Of a stretch of 64,000 bases of DNA, positions 1 through 12,020 are shown in pieces. The translations under genes and the position numbers were made by a program. Under the pieces are notes generated by a model that saw only the letters and a program-made list of their open reading frames with translations, ran no database searches and was not told the origin of the DNA. The stretch comes from the human T2T-CHM13v2.0 reference genome, Homo sapiens. The DNA lies in NCBI RefSeq assembly GCF_009914755.1, contig NC_060926.1. One strand, written 5' to 3'. Numbering within the stretch: position 1 is the first letter of the stretch; every line of letters begins with the position of its first letter.

Positions 1-83
1 TGAATGATACGGAATCAACTCTTCCAAAAGTCAAGAGTTTTGTTTTCATTATTTGTATACATTTATGGGGAAAAGCTCTTGAC

Positions 84-178
84 ATATGTATATGTGTAAA
101 GAGTTTATATATATGTATATACTATACACACACACACGCACACACACACACACATATATATATATATGTATTTATTTA
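84..178. repeat. (TA)n/(CA)n compound microsatellite
   Basis: tatatatatgtatat...acacacacacgcacacacacacacatatatatatatat read directly. Confidence 0.9.
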
Positions 179-295
179 TTTTTAGAGAGGGCACCTCACT
201 ATGTTGTCCAGGCTGGACTTGAACTCCTGGGCTCAAGTGATCTTCCCACCACAGCCTCCCGAGTACCTGGGACTACAGGCCACTATGCTGAGCTT
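178..295 (-). mobile_element. FLAM/Alu monomer
   Basis: cactatgttgtccaggctgg...gaactcctgggctcaagtgatc...gggactacagg, single-monomer length. Confidence 0.8.
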
Positions 296-307
296 GGAAA
301 GAACTTT

Positions 308-550
308 TAGGCAAGGGGAACAGAGAATGCAAACATCCTGAGTGGGGCATAAGCCTGATTATTGAAGGAATAGAAAGGAGGCCAGGAAGGCTGTGGCCAA
401 TGTGAAGGCAGGGGTAGGAGTGGGGAGAAACAGGCAGGGGCAGCTCGGGCTGCAGGGCTGTAGTCTGCAGGGAGGAGTTGGGATTTTATCCTAAGGATAT
501 CAAGCAGGGGGAGGCATGATACCATTAATGTTTTTAAAAGATCACTCTAG
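308..550 (-). mobile_element. L2 LINE fragment
   Basis: ggcaaggggaacag...gggattttatcctaag...tttttaaaagatcactct resembles antisense L2 3' region. Confidence 0.65.
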
Positions 551-749
551 ACTTTATTGTCTAGAGACAAGCTCTATTTTAAGCCCCTGGGTATAATTTC
601 ATTAAGTGACGGTTCATTTATTATTCACAAACCCTTGAACAAAAATTGAGTGAGAACAGCCTCTGTTGCCACTAGCCATGTGGAGCTACCTTTCCTCCCA
701 GTCCAGTGGGAGCCGCTGGAGGAGACACCAAGTCAAGTCAAACTCAACT

Positions 750-1000
750 CCTCTCCTGTCCTCTCCTCCCCTCCCTTCCGCTCCCTTTCCTTTCCTTTCC
801 TTTCCTTTCTTTCCTTCCTTCTCTCTCTCCTTTCTTTCTCCCTTCCTTCCTTCCTTTCTTTCCTTCCTTCCTTCCTTTCTTTCTTTTCTTTCTTTCTCTT
901 TTTCTCTTCTCTTTTTCTCTTCCCTTTCTTTCTTTCTTTCTTTCTTCTTTCTTTTTCTCTCTCTTTCTTTCTTTCTTTTTCTTTTCTTTCTTTCTTCTCC
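750..1000. repeat. polypyrimidine (TTTC/TTCC)n low-complexity tract
   Basis: ~250 bp almost exclusively C/T. Confidence 0.95.
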
Positions 1001-1180
1001 AAAGCAAAAAGCTCAGCAAACATTTATTTGCCAAATGCTTCCTTTGTAGATACCCTCATTGTATTTCACTTGGACTCCTGGAGAACTTGCTTCCCTCCTC
1101 CCACCTCTTGCTGTTCATGGACCCACCACCCTCTATGCCCCAGTCAATGCCTGGGTGAGAGAAGGCAAAGGGGATAAACA

Positions 1181-1486
1181 GGCTGGATGCGGTGGCTCAC
1201 ACCTGTAATCCCAGCATTTTGGGAGGCTGAGGTGGACGGATCACCCAAGGTCAGTAGTTCAAGACCAGCCTGGCTAACATGGTGAAACCCTGTCTCTACT
1301 AAAAAATACAAAAAATTAGTCAGGCATGGTGGTGTAAGCCTGTAGTCCCAGCTACTCAGGAGGCTGAGGAACGAGAATCACTTGAACCCAGATGGCGGAG
1401 GTTGCAGTGAGCTGAGATAGCACCACTGCACTCCAGCCTGGGTGACAGGGTGAGACTCCATCTCAAAAAAAAAAAAAAAAAAAAAA
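1181..1486 (+). mobile_element. AluS (Sx-like), full length
   Basis: ggctggatgcggtggctcac...dimer...A22 tail. Confidence 0.95.
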
Positions 1487-1804
1487 GAAGGATGAGCAGA
1501 CAGAAGACAAGGGAGGCACTCTACCAGGCCCCCGGGAGCTTTGAGTAAGCTTTGGGGATTGGAGATGGGGTTAGGATGCACACACATATACAGAAAGAGG
1601 ATGAGAGTGAGAGTGAGAACAAGGAAAGATCAGAGTGGGCTGACATGGCAGACAGGAAGACCATGCACTGGGCGGCGGGAGGCTGGGTGTCCAGTCCTCT
1701 CCTTGGCAGTGAGGAGCAGTCACCTTGCCCCTCTGGACTTGGGTTCCTAATTTGTGGCCTGTATATTCTGATCAGAGGTCACTTACTAGCCTCAGAACAA
1801 GTCA

Positions 1805-2137
<333 letters not shown>

Positions 2138-2356
2138 CTAATGTACCATATTGAAAATGAGAAAGGAATTGAGGTTTAGCAAATGGAGGGATTATCTCCC
2201 TCCTTCAAAACGAGTCGCAGAGTCTCTAAACTGAACAATTCCAATGAGCAGAAGTTGATCACGTAGAGAGGCTGTCCCGAGGCCTCCAATTCTGGAGTAA
2301 CTCATTAAAAAAATTTGATATGCAAAAATTTAATTTTTCCAACTAATAAATTAGGG

Positions 2357-2690
2357 CAGGGATTACTAAACAATGGCCCATAATCTAGCCCACTGCCTGT
2401 TTTTATCTGGCCTGCAAGCTAAAAATGGTTTTTACATTTTTAAATGATTGGGGACAAAAAATCAAAAGAATATTTTGTGACATGTGTAAATTATATAAAT
2501 TTCAGATGTTGATGTCCATAAATAAAGTTTTATTGAAACACAGTCATTGGTTTACATATTGTCTATAGCTGCTTTTGTGGGATAAAGGCAAAGCTGAGTC
2601 TTTGCAACTGTCTTACGGTAGAAACCGTCTGATGTATAAGCCTAAAATAAATGCTATCTGGCTTGTACAGAAAAAGAAGGCTGACCCCTG
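2357..2690 (+). mobile_element. MER58B-like hAT-Charlie MITE
   Basis: caggg...aaac start, ataaagttttattgaaacacag core, ...ctgacccctg end; second copy at 32397. Confidence 0.8.
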
Positions 2691-3060
2691 TGGGGACAGA
2701 CTCTAAATGGCCTGCATGACTCCTGTTTCCTGGTATGCCTGTCTTTGTGGCATCCTTTCCCTTGAGTGACGGTAGAACTTGCGACTTGCTTCTAACACAT
2801 AGAATGCAACAAAGGGCGTCACTCCTGTGATTACATAGGATTGTAACTTCCATCTTGCTAGGAGACTCTCTTTTTGCAACTTTGAGAAAGCCACCTACCG
2901 TGTTGTGAGCTGCCCTGTGGAGAGGCCCATGTGGCAAGAAACTGAAGGTGGCTTGAGACAACAAACAGCAAGCAACTGTAGCCTTTGTCTTGACAACTTG
3001 CAAGGAACTGAATCCTGTCAACCACCACATGAGCTTGGAAGTGGATTCTTCCTCCCCTCT
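2691..3060 (+). mobile_element. MLT1F/G-like MaLR LTR (partial)
   Basis: gacttgcttctaac...tgagctgccctgtggagaggcccatgtggcaag...gaactgaatcctg...gagcttggaagtggattc. Confidence 0.7.
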
Positions 3061-3109
3061 ACACTCAGCCAAACAGCATACCTATTCCTCCTGTGAATAC
3101 ACATTGAAC

Positions 3110-3310
3110 CACTTCATCTGTTTTGGAAACCGTGTAGAATTCCATTAATGGCTGTTCCATAATTTTTAACCAATTCTTCATTGATGGGCAGTCGGATTGC
3201 AAACAGTCATTTGCAAGCAATAATATGCAGGCAATGTTGTGATCATCCTTGTACAGAAACGTGTGCCTTCTTTTGTAAAAATATCCCTGTGGGACAGAGT
3301 CTTAGAAATT
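3110..3310 (-). mobile_element. old L1M fragment
   Basis: aattccatt...aaccaattcttcattgatgggca...catccttgtaca resembles antisense L1 ORF2 3' end. Confidence 0.55.
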
Positions 3311-3349
3311 GATTTTTTTTAAAACCTAGCATTAGTTCTGATAATAAGC

Positions 3350-3555
3350 TGTAGTAGAAAGAGCACCAACCATGAAGTCAGGAATCCTTAATTCAATAAG
3401 TTTCATTACTCACTTGCAGGTGACCTTGAGCAAGTCATTTGATCTCTCTGAGCCTCAGTCTCCTCATCTGTGAAATGAGGATAATAGTCTCCCGTTGGCC
3501 TATCTTGGGGTGCTGAGGAGATCAAATGAAATAAAGAATGCAAGAGTGCTTTGAA
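3350..3555 (+). mobile_element. MIR
   Basis: MIR core gtgaccttgagcaagtcatttgatctctctgagcctcagtctcctcatctgtgaaatgaggataata. Confidence 0.85.
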
Positions 3556-3668
3556 GGAAATGAAGGACTACACAGATGGGGGAATGGGTAGCGGTGGTAT
3601 TATTATCCCTTAGGTATCTAAGCATGGGAGAGGTTATAAAATTCTCTATCTGAACTTAATTAACTGTA

Positions 3669-3958
3669 TTTTTTTTTTGAGATGGAGTCTCGCTCTGTTG
3701 CCTAGGCTGGAGTGCAGTGGTGTGATCTTGGCTCACTGCAACCTCTGCCTCCTAGTACAAGCAATTCTCCTGCCTCACCCTCCTGAGCAGCTGGGATTAC
3801 AAGTGCACACCACCACGCCCAGCTAATTTTTGTATTTTTAGTGCAAATGGGGTTTCACCATGTTGGCGAGGCTGGTTTCAAACTCCTGAACGTAAGGGAT
3901 TCGCCGCCTCTGCCTTCCAAAGTGCTGGGGTTACAGGTATGAGCCACCTCGCCCGGCC
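3669..3958 (-). mobile_element. AluS
   Basis: T-tail + gagatggagtctcgctctg...gcccggcc; flanking aattaact repeat. Confidence 0.95.
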
Positions 3959-5799
3959 CAATTAACTTTGATTTTTAAACAACACCAGAACATTCTAGGG
4001 GTAAGGTGTTGGGTAGTTATGAGTGCCAGGGCAATGTACTGAAAACAAACAGGAGCCTTTGCTAGTGGAGACACCAATGCTTGTCTGCAAAAACCCGGAG
4101 GGCTGTTGGCCAGGACTTACCACGTGGCCTCCGAGGCCAGAGTGAGACCAAAGGCATGGTCCCAGGGAGGCTGGTTCTGGCTTGCTCTACAGAAAGGTTT
4201 TCTAACAATCAGTGCCATCCAACCTGCAAGAGTTTAGCCTATAAGAGGATCTCCCATTTCTGGAAGTATTCAAGGAGAGGCAGATGAGCCCCTGCAGGTA
4301 TAACACAGAGAGGTGCCCCACAGGAAGACTTGCCACCAGGAGTACTTGGATCAACCCTTCTCTCCTCTGAGAGAAAATCACTCCCAGTCCAAAGGTGGGC
4401 TGAGGGCTCTGGCTGGCATCTGTGGTTGGCACAGTCCCTAATCTTTTCATCATTTGGAATGCCTTTCTTATTTACCTTCCACTCTATGGAATCTATTCCT
4501 CAAAGATTTTGCCTATCAAATCAACCACTTTTATTATGAAACAATGAAGCTCCATTCATTTTATTTATCAAATCGGAGCCAATCAGAGCTTTCTCTCCCC
4601 ATAAAATAACTAGGGTTGCCACTTCAACTTATGCGTTTATAGCCTCGAGCAACGACACTTGCTTCAGAGAGTAGACTGACTTGTCAAAGGACACACAGCT
4701 GAAAAGTTGCTGTGCCAGGATGGGAAGCCAGGCTATCTGAACCTGTACCCTGCCTGCTGAAGCAGAGACCCCTCCCCAGGGCCCTCATGCTGGCCTCCCT
4801 GCAATGCCTCTAGCATCACAGGACACCCTTGGGAGCTCCAAGCAAAGCACACTGCATTTATAGTTAGAAGACAGGAGTTCAAATCCTAACCCCACCGCTT
4901 TATAGCTGTGCAAGCTTCTAGAAAACTGGGAACAATGACGCCATGCTCTCAGAGCAGCTCTGAGGAGCAAATGAGACCACAGAGTTTCAGGCATTGGTCA
5001 CTGGATACATTGTTTAATTTTTAAAGGGAAGGTTTTCATCCTGTGATTGAATATGAGAGGAAACAGCACATGCGGTGGGGCTTGAAACCAGTATGCACAT
5101 CCAGTGTCTGCCTCTTCCTAAAGCACAAGAATGGCTGAATGTGAGGGGCGGCCTCTGTGCGGATCAGGTTCCCGCATCCATCCAGGAGGAAGTGATTAGG
5201 CACTTGATGCTTCCTGCTGCCTCTTAGAGGGGCCGCAGGGGCAAAACTGGCTGTGGCAAGAGAGCCAGGTGCTCAGGGCCAAGGAACCTGAGTTTCCTCA
5301 GTTTGGAAACCCACACTGTAATAACTCTGAGATGTTACAATGGATTGAGTGCATTTGGTGTAGCTGTTCTTTTATGTTGCACAGGTCCTGAAATGAATCT
5401 GTTTTCACTGGTGCCCAGATAGCCTCGCGGCCTCCTCCACACAAGCCCAGGGAGCCTCCTCCAAGCAAGTGGATAAGCTCTGAGCACATTTAGCCCCTTC
5501 TCTTTATAGGAAACCCAGGCCCAGAGAAGATGAATGAGGAGTCCAGAGTCCTGAAGCCAGAGGCATGGGCAGCAGCCTGGGAATCCCGTGCCTTCTCTAG
5601 AATTCTGGGAGGGTGCCCTGCTAGCAGGCAGCAGAGTAACAGCTGGGGCACTACGCTTCCTTCCCAGGTTCTTGAGGGATCGGACCTCAGGCAGTTAGAG
5701 AGGCAGCCTGGGTTAGTCTTCAGAGCCTCTCCATTCTCTCGGAGCCCTGACCAGTCACAGCAATGACATGCATCGACTGTTTCACAGGCAGTTGCTGTG

Positions 5800-5976
5800 A
5801 CAGGCACGGCACTGGGCTCCTGGCGTAGCATCTGCTTTAACCTGAGATTCAAACCTTGGAGGTGGGGGCACAGGATCACCTCATTTTGCAGACAAGGAGC
5901 GTAAGGCGCAGAAAGTATGTGACTTGGCCAAGGTCGCACAGTTAGGGAATGGCAAAGTCAGGATTTGAACCCAGCA
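5800..5976 (-). mobile_element. MIR
   Basis: cattttgcagac...gtgacttggccaaggtcgcacag...ggatttgaaccca. Confidence 0.75.
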
Positions 5977-6217
5977 TTTTTCAGAAACTCTTATCAGAAA
6001 AAAGAAGGCCATGACATGAATTATCCTTGTAGTTGGTCTGAGGGTTTGGTGAATGAGGTCTGGAAAGGGGCTTTGTGAATGAAAGGGGTTGTACTACCCC
6101 AGGCAGTGTTATTTTATTAGGGTATGAGCCTATGCTCAGCCCTTTTAACCCTAGAGCCCCCACATCCTCAGCCAGGTCACCCTGAGGCCATGCCTAGAGA
6201 GCCATAGCTTTTTAGGC

Positions 6218-6371
6218 CAGTGGTTCACAAACTTGAGCACATACCAGAATCACCTGGAGCACTTGTTGGATTTCTGACTCAGGAGGCCTGGAGCGGTATA
6301 AGAATCTGCATTTCCAATGAGGTTCCAGGTGATGCTGACGCTGCCAGTTGGACCACACTTTGAGAACCACT
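6218..6371. mobile_element. MER5A hAT-Charlie MITE
   Basis: cagtggttcacaaact...gaatcacctgg...aatctgcattt...ggaccacactttgagaaccact with terminal inverted repeats. Confidence 0.85.
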
Positions 6372-7599
6372 TCACTACGTCTTGCTTCTCCCCCTCACCC
6401 CCATGCACACCCTAGCCCCATCTGGGACAAGCCAGGGGGATTTAAACAAGCAAAAGCTTCCAGGTAGAGAGAAAGGACTTGCCAGTCAGGCAAACTGGGT
6501 TTTGATTTTCTTATTGGTTTTTTAGTCCTCTAACCTCTCTGAGCCTCAGACAATTCTCTAGAATGTACAGATGCTATGACTGATTTCATAGGGTTGCTGA
6601 GATTATACATGTAAACCCACCTGGTACATAATACAAGCTTAATTCATGACAGTTACCCTGTGACTGGACATAGTAGGAGCTCTTTGATTTCTGCTTTTCC
6701 ACTAGCCTCTGGACTCCTGAACCAGGCTGCTCAAATTCTATGTTCTTTAAAAATTAATCCTAAAAGCCGCATTGGCCTTATTAAGAGGACCGTATTCCAA
6801 AACCTGCTCCAATCCCAGAGCCTTCAGTAGAAAGCATAGCCAGGGAGAGCAGGGGGAGGTGGCAGAGAAAGCTGGGGGAGTCAGCTCAGGTGGCAGAGGA
6901 GGTAAAGCGCCTGTAGTTTAACAGCTTAGTGACCCATGGCAGCGCCCTCTAATCCCTGACAGCTGTAGGCTCTGGGCTTTGTCATATGGGAGGAAGCAGC
7001 TGGCTGTTGGGTTTGTACCTGCTGCAGCAGGGCTGGGCTGCTTGGTGCACAGGTGGTGGAGACTGCAGGGTTTTGATCTTGCACAGGGCCTGGCAGCTTA
7101 CAGGTGGGGTCGCTGGCATTTGCCCAGTGGACTGGGTGCATGGCTGGTTCCATCTGCTCATCTTGCTTCTGCCTCTATTTCCTCTTTCCTGGGGGTGGCT
7201 AGGAGGAGCCCTGATGACAAGCTGGCTCCTTCCTGCCCAGGCTGGGAGAGAGATGCATAGGACATGTTGCCAATGTGCCCACACCCCTGGCCAGTGCCCA
7301 CCATTTAACACAACTGAGTTCCAACCCTCCGGGGGCCACCACACAGGCCTGTGCATGAGCCTCCCCTCCTCTACCAGCCAGGCTTCTGTCAAAGAAGCAG
7401 GACCCTGGAGTTTGTCGCAGGATGCGTCCTTATGCTGTTGTGGGAGCTGTCTTAGCAGTCTCTAGAAGGCTTGTCTTCTCAGTTGCCAGAGCTTGAAGTC
7501 CACAGGGCAAGCAGCTTGGAATGGAAGATGGGTGACAAGTGGGGAACGTCAAGCATAGCCTGGATTCCACACACATGAGTTGGACCCTGTGTCAGGCCT

Positions 7600-7977
7600 T
7601 GTATTAGTTTGCTCGGGCTGCCATGACAAAATTCCATAAGCTGGGTGGCTTAAGCAACAGAGATAGATTTTCTCACAGTTCTGGAGGCTGGAAGTCCAAG
7701 ATCAAGGTGTCAGCAGGTGTGGTTTTTCCTGAGGCCTCTCTCCTTGCCTTGCAGGTGACCACCCTTTCTTGGTGTCCTCACATGGCCTTTTCTCTGTGCA
7801 CATGCACCTCTCTGCTGTCTCTCTTCTTATGAGGACACCAGTCCTATGGGATTAGGGCCCACTCTTACAACCTCATTTAACTTTGCCTCTTTGAAGGCCT
7901 TATCTCCAAACACAGTCATGTTGGGAGTTAGGGCCTCAGTGTAAGAATTTTGTGGGGATGCAGTTCAGTCCACAACA
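7600..7977 (-). mobile_element. MLT1A MaLR solo LTR
   Basis: tgtattagtttgctcgggctgcc...cagttctggaggctggaagtccaagatcaaggtg...cacaaca; 5-bp TSD ggcct/ggccc. Confidence 0.9.
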
Positions 7978-8008
7978 GGCCCTCCCTGCCTCCCACTGCC
8001 ACCATGAG

Positions 8009-8190
8009 GCTGTCCTGCAGGAGCAGCTAGTGCCCTTCATTGTGAAGCTGAACACACACTGGCTGTGGAGTTGGGGAAGCCAAAAGGAGGGCAGACGGAG
8101 CAGCCACAGGCATAGCCACTGTCCCATTCCAACAAAGTGAGCCAGCAAATAAGTGACAATATGTGGGAGTTGCAACAATGCCTGGTGCCC
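8009..8190 (+). pseudogene. APOA4-like coding relic embedded in the LTR
   Basis: AVLQEQLVPFIVKLNTH / LAVELGKPK / EQPQA*PLSHSNKVSQQISDNMWELQQCLVP aligns collinearly with recalled apoA-IV [26 protein letters not shown]...[31 protein letters not shown]; frameshifted, one stop. Confidence 0.7.
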
Positions 8191-8316
8191 CCTCAGCTTA
8201 CACACCATACAGCTACTGCTTCACTCCACCCTCCAAAACTCAGGAAAATATTGTGGTCTACCCTAATCAAAAACGTACAGGAAAGAGAATTGCCAACACC
8301 TTACAAAGCCACCACA

Positions 8317-9725
8317 ATACACCCCTGTCAATTTGGCACTCATATATACCTCTTAAAACCACACTTAGCAAATAGAGGCAATAGCAAACTCATACTATTG
8401 TCTGACATGGTATAACTATTCCAACATACAACCAATGATAACATGTAAAGCTCTTTCCCCAAAAGGAGGATACAGGGTGCCTTTTCCTTCTTTGGGTGGT
8501 GTTCATTCTTCTAGCTGATTCACACTCGTTCTTTGATATCCTATAACTTAAATACTGACATATAAGGTTAACTACTATTAGTGCATCTTATAGTAGATGG
8601 TGGGGGAATGGGAGAGGAGTAAGAAATTAGTTAATATGCACTCAAACATATTCATATCAAAAAAGAGGAAGAAATATTCGTAAGTATTACAGCCCTTGTT
8701 TCTGCAACTGGTCTTGTGGTGGCAACTGGTATTTATAATTATCTTCTTCCACTGCCCATTCCATTTTTGGTGACAAGATCCTTTCTTCCTGAGGGGCCTG
8801 GGTCACTGGCAATCCTGCCTGAATTGGGCTGTTGTAGTTTTCCATTGAATTTTATCACAGCATGTGGGAGTTATAAGAGTCACTCTAGGGAAGCCACACA
8901 TTTCAGACATACTCCTTACCGCCATTGTGTAGTTGCGACCTGGTTTCCCCTTGAGAGTCAGGATCAATCACATTATCATGGCCTCTTTGCTTGTTGGTTC
9001 TCTAGAGCGAGAATCCAGCATGACCAGGTGGCAGCCTCAACTTCCACTTCCATGGAACCCCTGCTGTGTCTGTCCCCTGTGGAAGAGTCCCCCTTGGGGA
9101 CTGCTGTGGTTTGAATGTTCCCACCAAAACTCATGTTGAAACTTAATCCCCCATGTGGCGATATTGATAGGAGGAGCCTTTAAGAGGTGATTGGATCGGG
9201 AAGGCTCTACCCTCGTGAATGGATAAATCCATTCATGGGCTAATGGATTAATGGGTGTCATGGGGGAAGGAACTGATGGCTTTATAAGTAACGGAAGAGA
9301 TACCTGAGCTAAAACGGGAGCACTCTCAGCCGCCTGTCATGTGATGCCCTGCACCACCTCAGACTCTGCAGAGCCCCCACCAGCAGGAATGCTGTCAACA
9401 GATGTGGCCCCTCGACCTTGGACTTCTCAGTCTCCAGAACTGCAGGAAATAAATTCCTTTTCTTTATAAATTACCTAGTTTGAGGTATTCTGTTATGAGC
9501 AACAGAAGATGGACTAATACAGGGACTAAGACCTCTAGACCAGCAAGGCCCAACGTCGTGGAGTTGGGAAGCAAAACACTGGGTGTGGGTCACCAGGGAC
9601 TAGTGAGAGGAGCGGCTCCCATTTCCACTCCTTCATTGGGACCTGGGAATCCTGGCTGTGGGAGAAACAGCTGTGTTTATTGGCCACTGATTTAGCACAC
9701 ACGTCACATGCTGGAGGACACTTGC
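8317..9725 (-). mobile_element. ERV-L internal relic (integrase C-terminus, dUTPase, PPT), interrupted by MST
   Basis: Minus-strand peptides WKWKLRLPPGHAG and NVIDPDSQGETRSQLHNGGKEYV match ERV-L dUTPase motifs; PPT at 8317-8339. Confidence 0.8.
9102..9521 (+). mobile_element. MST (MSTD-like) MaLR solo LTR
   Basis: tgctgtggtttgaatgtt...aaataaattcc...ggactaataca; perfect TSD gggac/gggac. Confidence 0.9.
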
Positions 9726-11009
9726 CCCAGCCACTGGTTTAAGAACTAACCATCTTCTGTCTTTCATCCCAGGGTTCTCTGGAAGGAGGGTCTCTCTGCC
9801 TCTCCATCTCTGTCTGTCTCTCTCCCTCTCTCTGGATAGGCATCTTGTTTAGTCAGATACTGGGTGAGCCTCCAGGTGCACAGCAGCATCCCCTCATCCT
9901 TTGGCTCCACTTTCTAGCCTTGGTTCATCCTCACAGCTGCCCTGTGATGGAGGAAGGGAACAAAACTTATCCTTGTTTTTCCTTTTGTTTTGTTTTGCTT
10001 TAATTTGTTTGTTACTTTGTTTCATAAACAAAAGAGTAATCAAACAATAGGTTCACTGACGTGCCCTAGGTCACCGAGCCAGCTGTTGGAGAATCTCATA
10101 TGTAGAGCCCCTGACCCCTTACTTGGTGGCACCTATCTAGTCAGCAGTGAATTTCTCTGCTTCTGGAAATTTCACTGCCAATAATGACAGTATTCACTGA
10201 GGGCCACCTGTGGGTGTCACACTGTGGCAGCTTCTAGTCACATGGCTTTGCACTAACAGGTGTCTCTTCCCCAAGCCTCCCTCAGTCTGGTGAATCTAAG
10301 AACTGGAATCTCTTCCCAGCCCTCCTGTCATGTGGTGGGAGGAGCATGGAATTTGGAGCCAGGGCCCCACTGCTTATTGTGGAGGAATTTTTGGGCTATC
10401 TTTCCCTTTTCTGAGATGGGATTTTCACCTGTAAAATGGCAGAGATAGTGCTTTCTGCATTAAAGCGTTGTTGGAAAGATGAAGGGATATGGTGATGTGA
10501 AAAAGTTTTAAAAGTTTAACTCGTTTGTTATCAGTAAGACTGTTTATCACCAGTGTTAAATGCTTGCATTGTAAGGGACTGAAATATCTTCCTGGCACTG
10601 TGTGTGGGTCGCGGAAGGCAGTCAAGGTGGTTAGCAGCCTCCGGAAACTGGCCTCTTTGGAGAGGTGATGGAGAAATTGTATAGAACCAATGGGCTCCAA
10701 GTTTACCTGTGCTGCCAACAATGTTGGGAAAGGGGGAGGAGAACATTTATTGAATACCTACAGTATACTAGGCCCTTTCTGCAGTTTCTGACTCCTCTCA
10801 TAACACCCCTCTTCAGACAGTCCCTCAACAAAACACTGTTTTGTTGAGCACCTACTCGAGGTAGGGTTCAGCGCTATAAATCACAGAAGCTGGTAACAAA
10901 ATGACAAGCACCACAGACACCCTCCCAAACTCCACGTAGCATGTCCTGAGGAAGGCAGACTCGCCCCAGAGTGTGGCTGACTCTCATTATGGCCTTGGCC
11001 TCCCTCACT

Positions 11010-11315
11010 GCCCTGCAGAGGCCTTTGATGACCACCCATTGTGAGGGCACCTCAACCTTTCCTCTCTCCTCTTCATGCTCCAGGACCGTTCCTTCTCTTG
11101 CCCATTACATTCCTCTATAGCATTTGTCACTATCTGAAATTGTCCATTTATTTGTTTAACGTGTTAAACACATTGTCTCTCCCAGCTCTCGGGAATAGAA
11201 AACTCCTTGAAGGTAGAGATATTTTGTGTCCAATTCAATGACATATCCCTCAGGCCTGGAACAGTGCTTGGTGGGTAATAGGTGCTCAAAAGCTAGTTTT
11301 TAAATGAATGAATGG
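11010..11315 (+). mobile_element. L2 3' end
   Basis: ctccttgaaggtagaga...cctggaacagtgcttgg...taggtgctcaaa...aatgaatgaatg. Confidence 0.8.
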
Positions 11316-11581
11316 AAGAAGGAGGGAAGTCATGCTCCTTGCTTTCACAGAAAGTCTGCTGTGTCCCATGTGGAAGTACTCACACTCCCCCACCCCATCA
11401 GTGGAGGGGACAGACGAGTGAATTGTCCATCCCAATACTTTGGGGTGAATGCGGGAGGTGGCATGCACAGGTGATGTGGGAGCACAGTATTGGCATGGTG
11501 GTGGCAGCGTGAGTGTTGGGCAGGCTGGTGCAGGAGCAGCTTCCTGGAGGAGGGGACTATGCCCAATTGTAAAGGAGGAGG

Positions 11582-12020
11582 TGTGTTTGTTTCCTAGGGC
11601 TGCTATAACTAAGTACCACAACTGAATGGCTTAAAACAAGAGAAATGTATTCGCTCATAGTTCTGTAGACCAGAAGTCTGAAATCAAGGTGTTGGGAGGG
11701 TCCGTGCCCCCTCTGAGCTTCTCGGTAGAATCATTCCTTGAGTCTTCCAAGCATCTGGTGGTGACTGTCCATCTCTGCTGTCCCTTGACTTGCAGCTGCC
11801 TCACTCCAGTGTCTTCTTCTGCAGCCTCATTCCTGTGTGTCTCTCTTTATATAGAGGTTTCCTGTTCTTTTAAGGATACGGTCATATTGGATTAGATCCC
11901 ACCCTAATGACCTCATCTTAACTTGATCACTCCTGCAAAGACTCTATACAAGGTCATGTGTATAGGTGCTAGAGGTTAGGACTTCATATTTTTTTGGGGG
12001 ATACAATAAAACTCATAACA
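11582..12020 (-). mobile_element. MLT1C-like solo LTR
   Basis: tttcctagggctgctataactaagtaccaca...cagaagtctgaaatcaaggtgttgg...cataaca. Confidence 0.85.

Larger units (their letters stand above)
7370..8316 (-). mobile_element. ERV-L-class 3' LTR (LTR52-like; name uncertain), interrupted by MLT1A
   Basis: On minus starts tgtggtggctttgtaaggtgt immediately after a PPT (gtgccaaattgacaggggtgtat) and ends ...ctgcttctttgacagaagcctggctggtaga. Confidence 0.65.

Noticed and set aside
650-1177. Overlapping F/S/L-rich and K/E/R-rich ORFs
   Set aside because: Translations of a stop-free polypyrimidine tract; same for 38906-39172 and 39988-40266.
6986-7465. 159-aa ORF with a signal-peptide-like start
   Set aside because: No recognisable domain; 3' end runs into an LTR; GC-rich chance ORF overlapped by ORFs in other frames.
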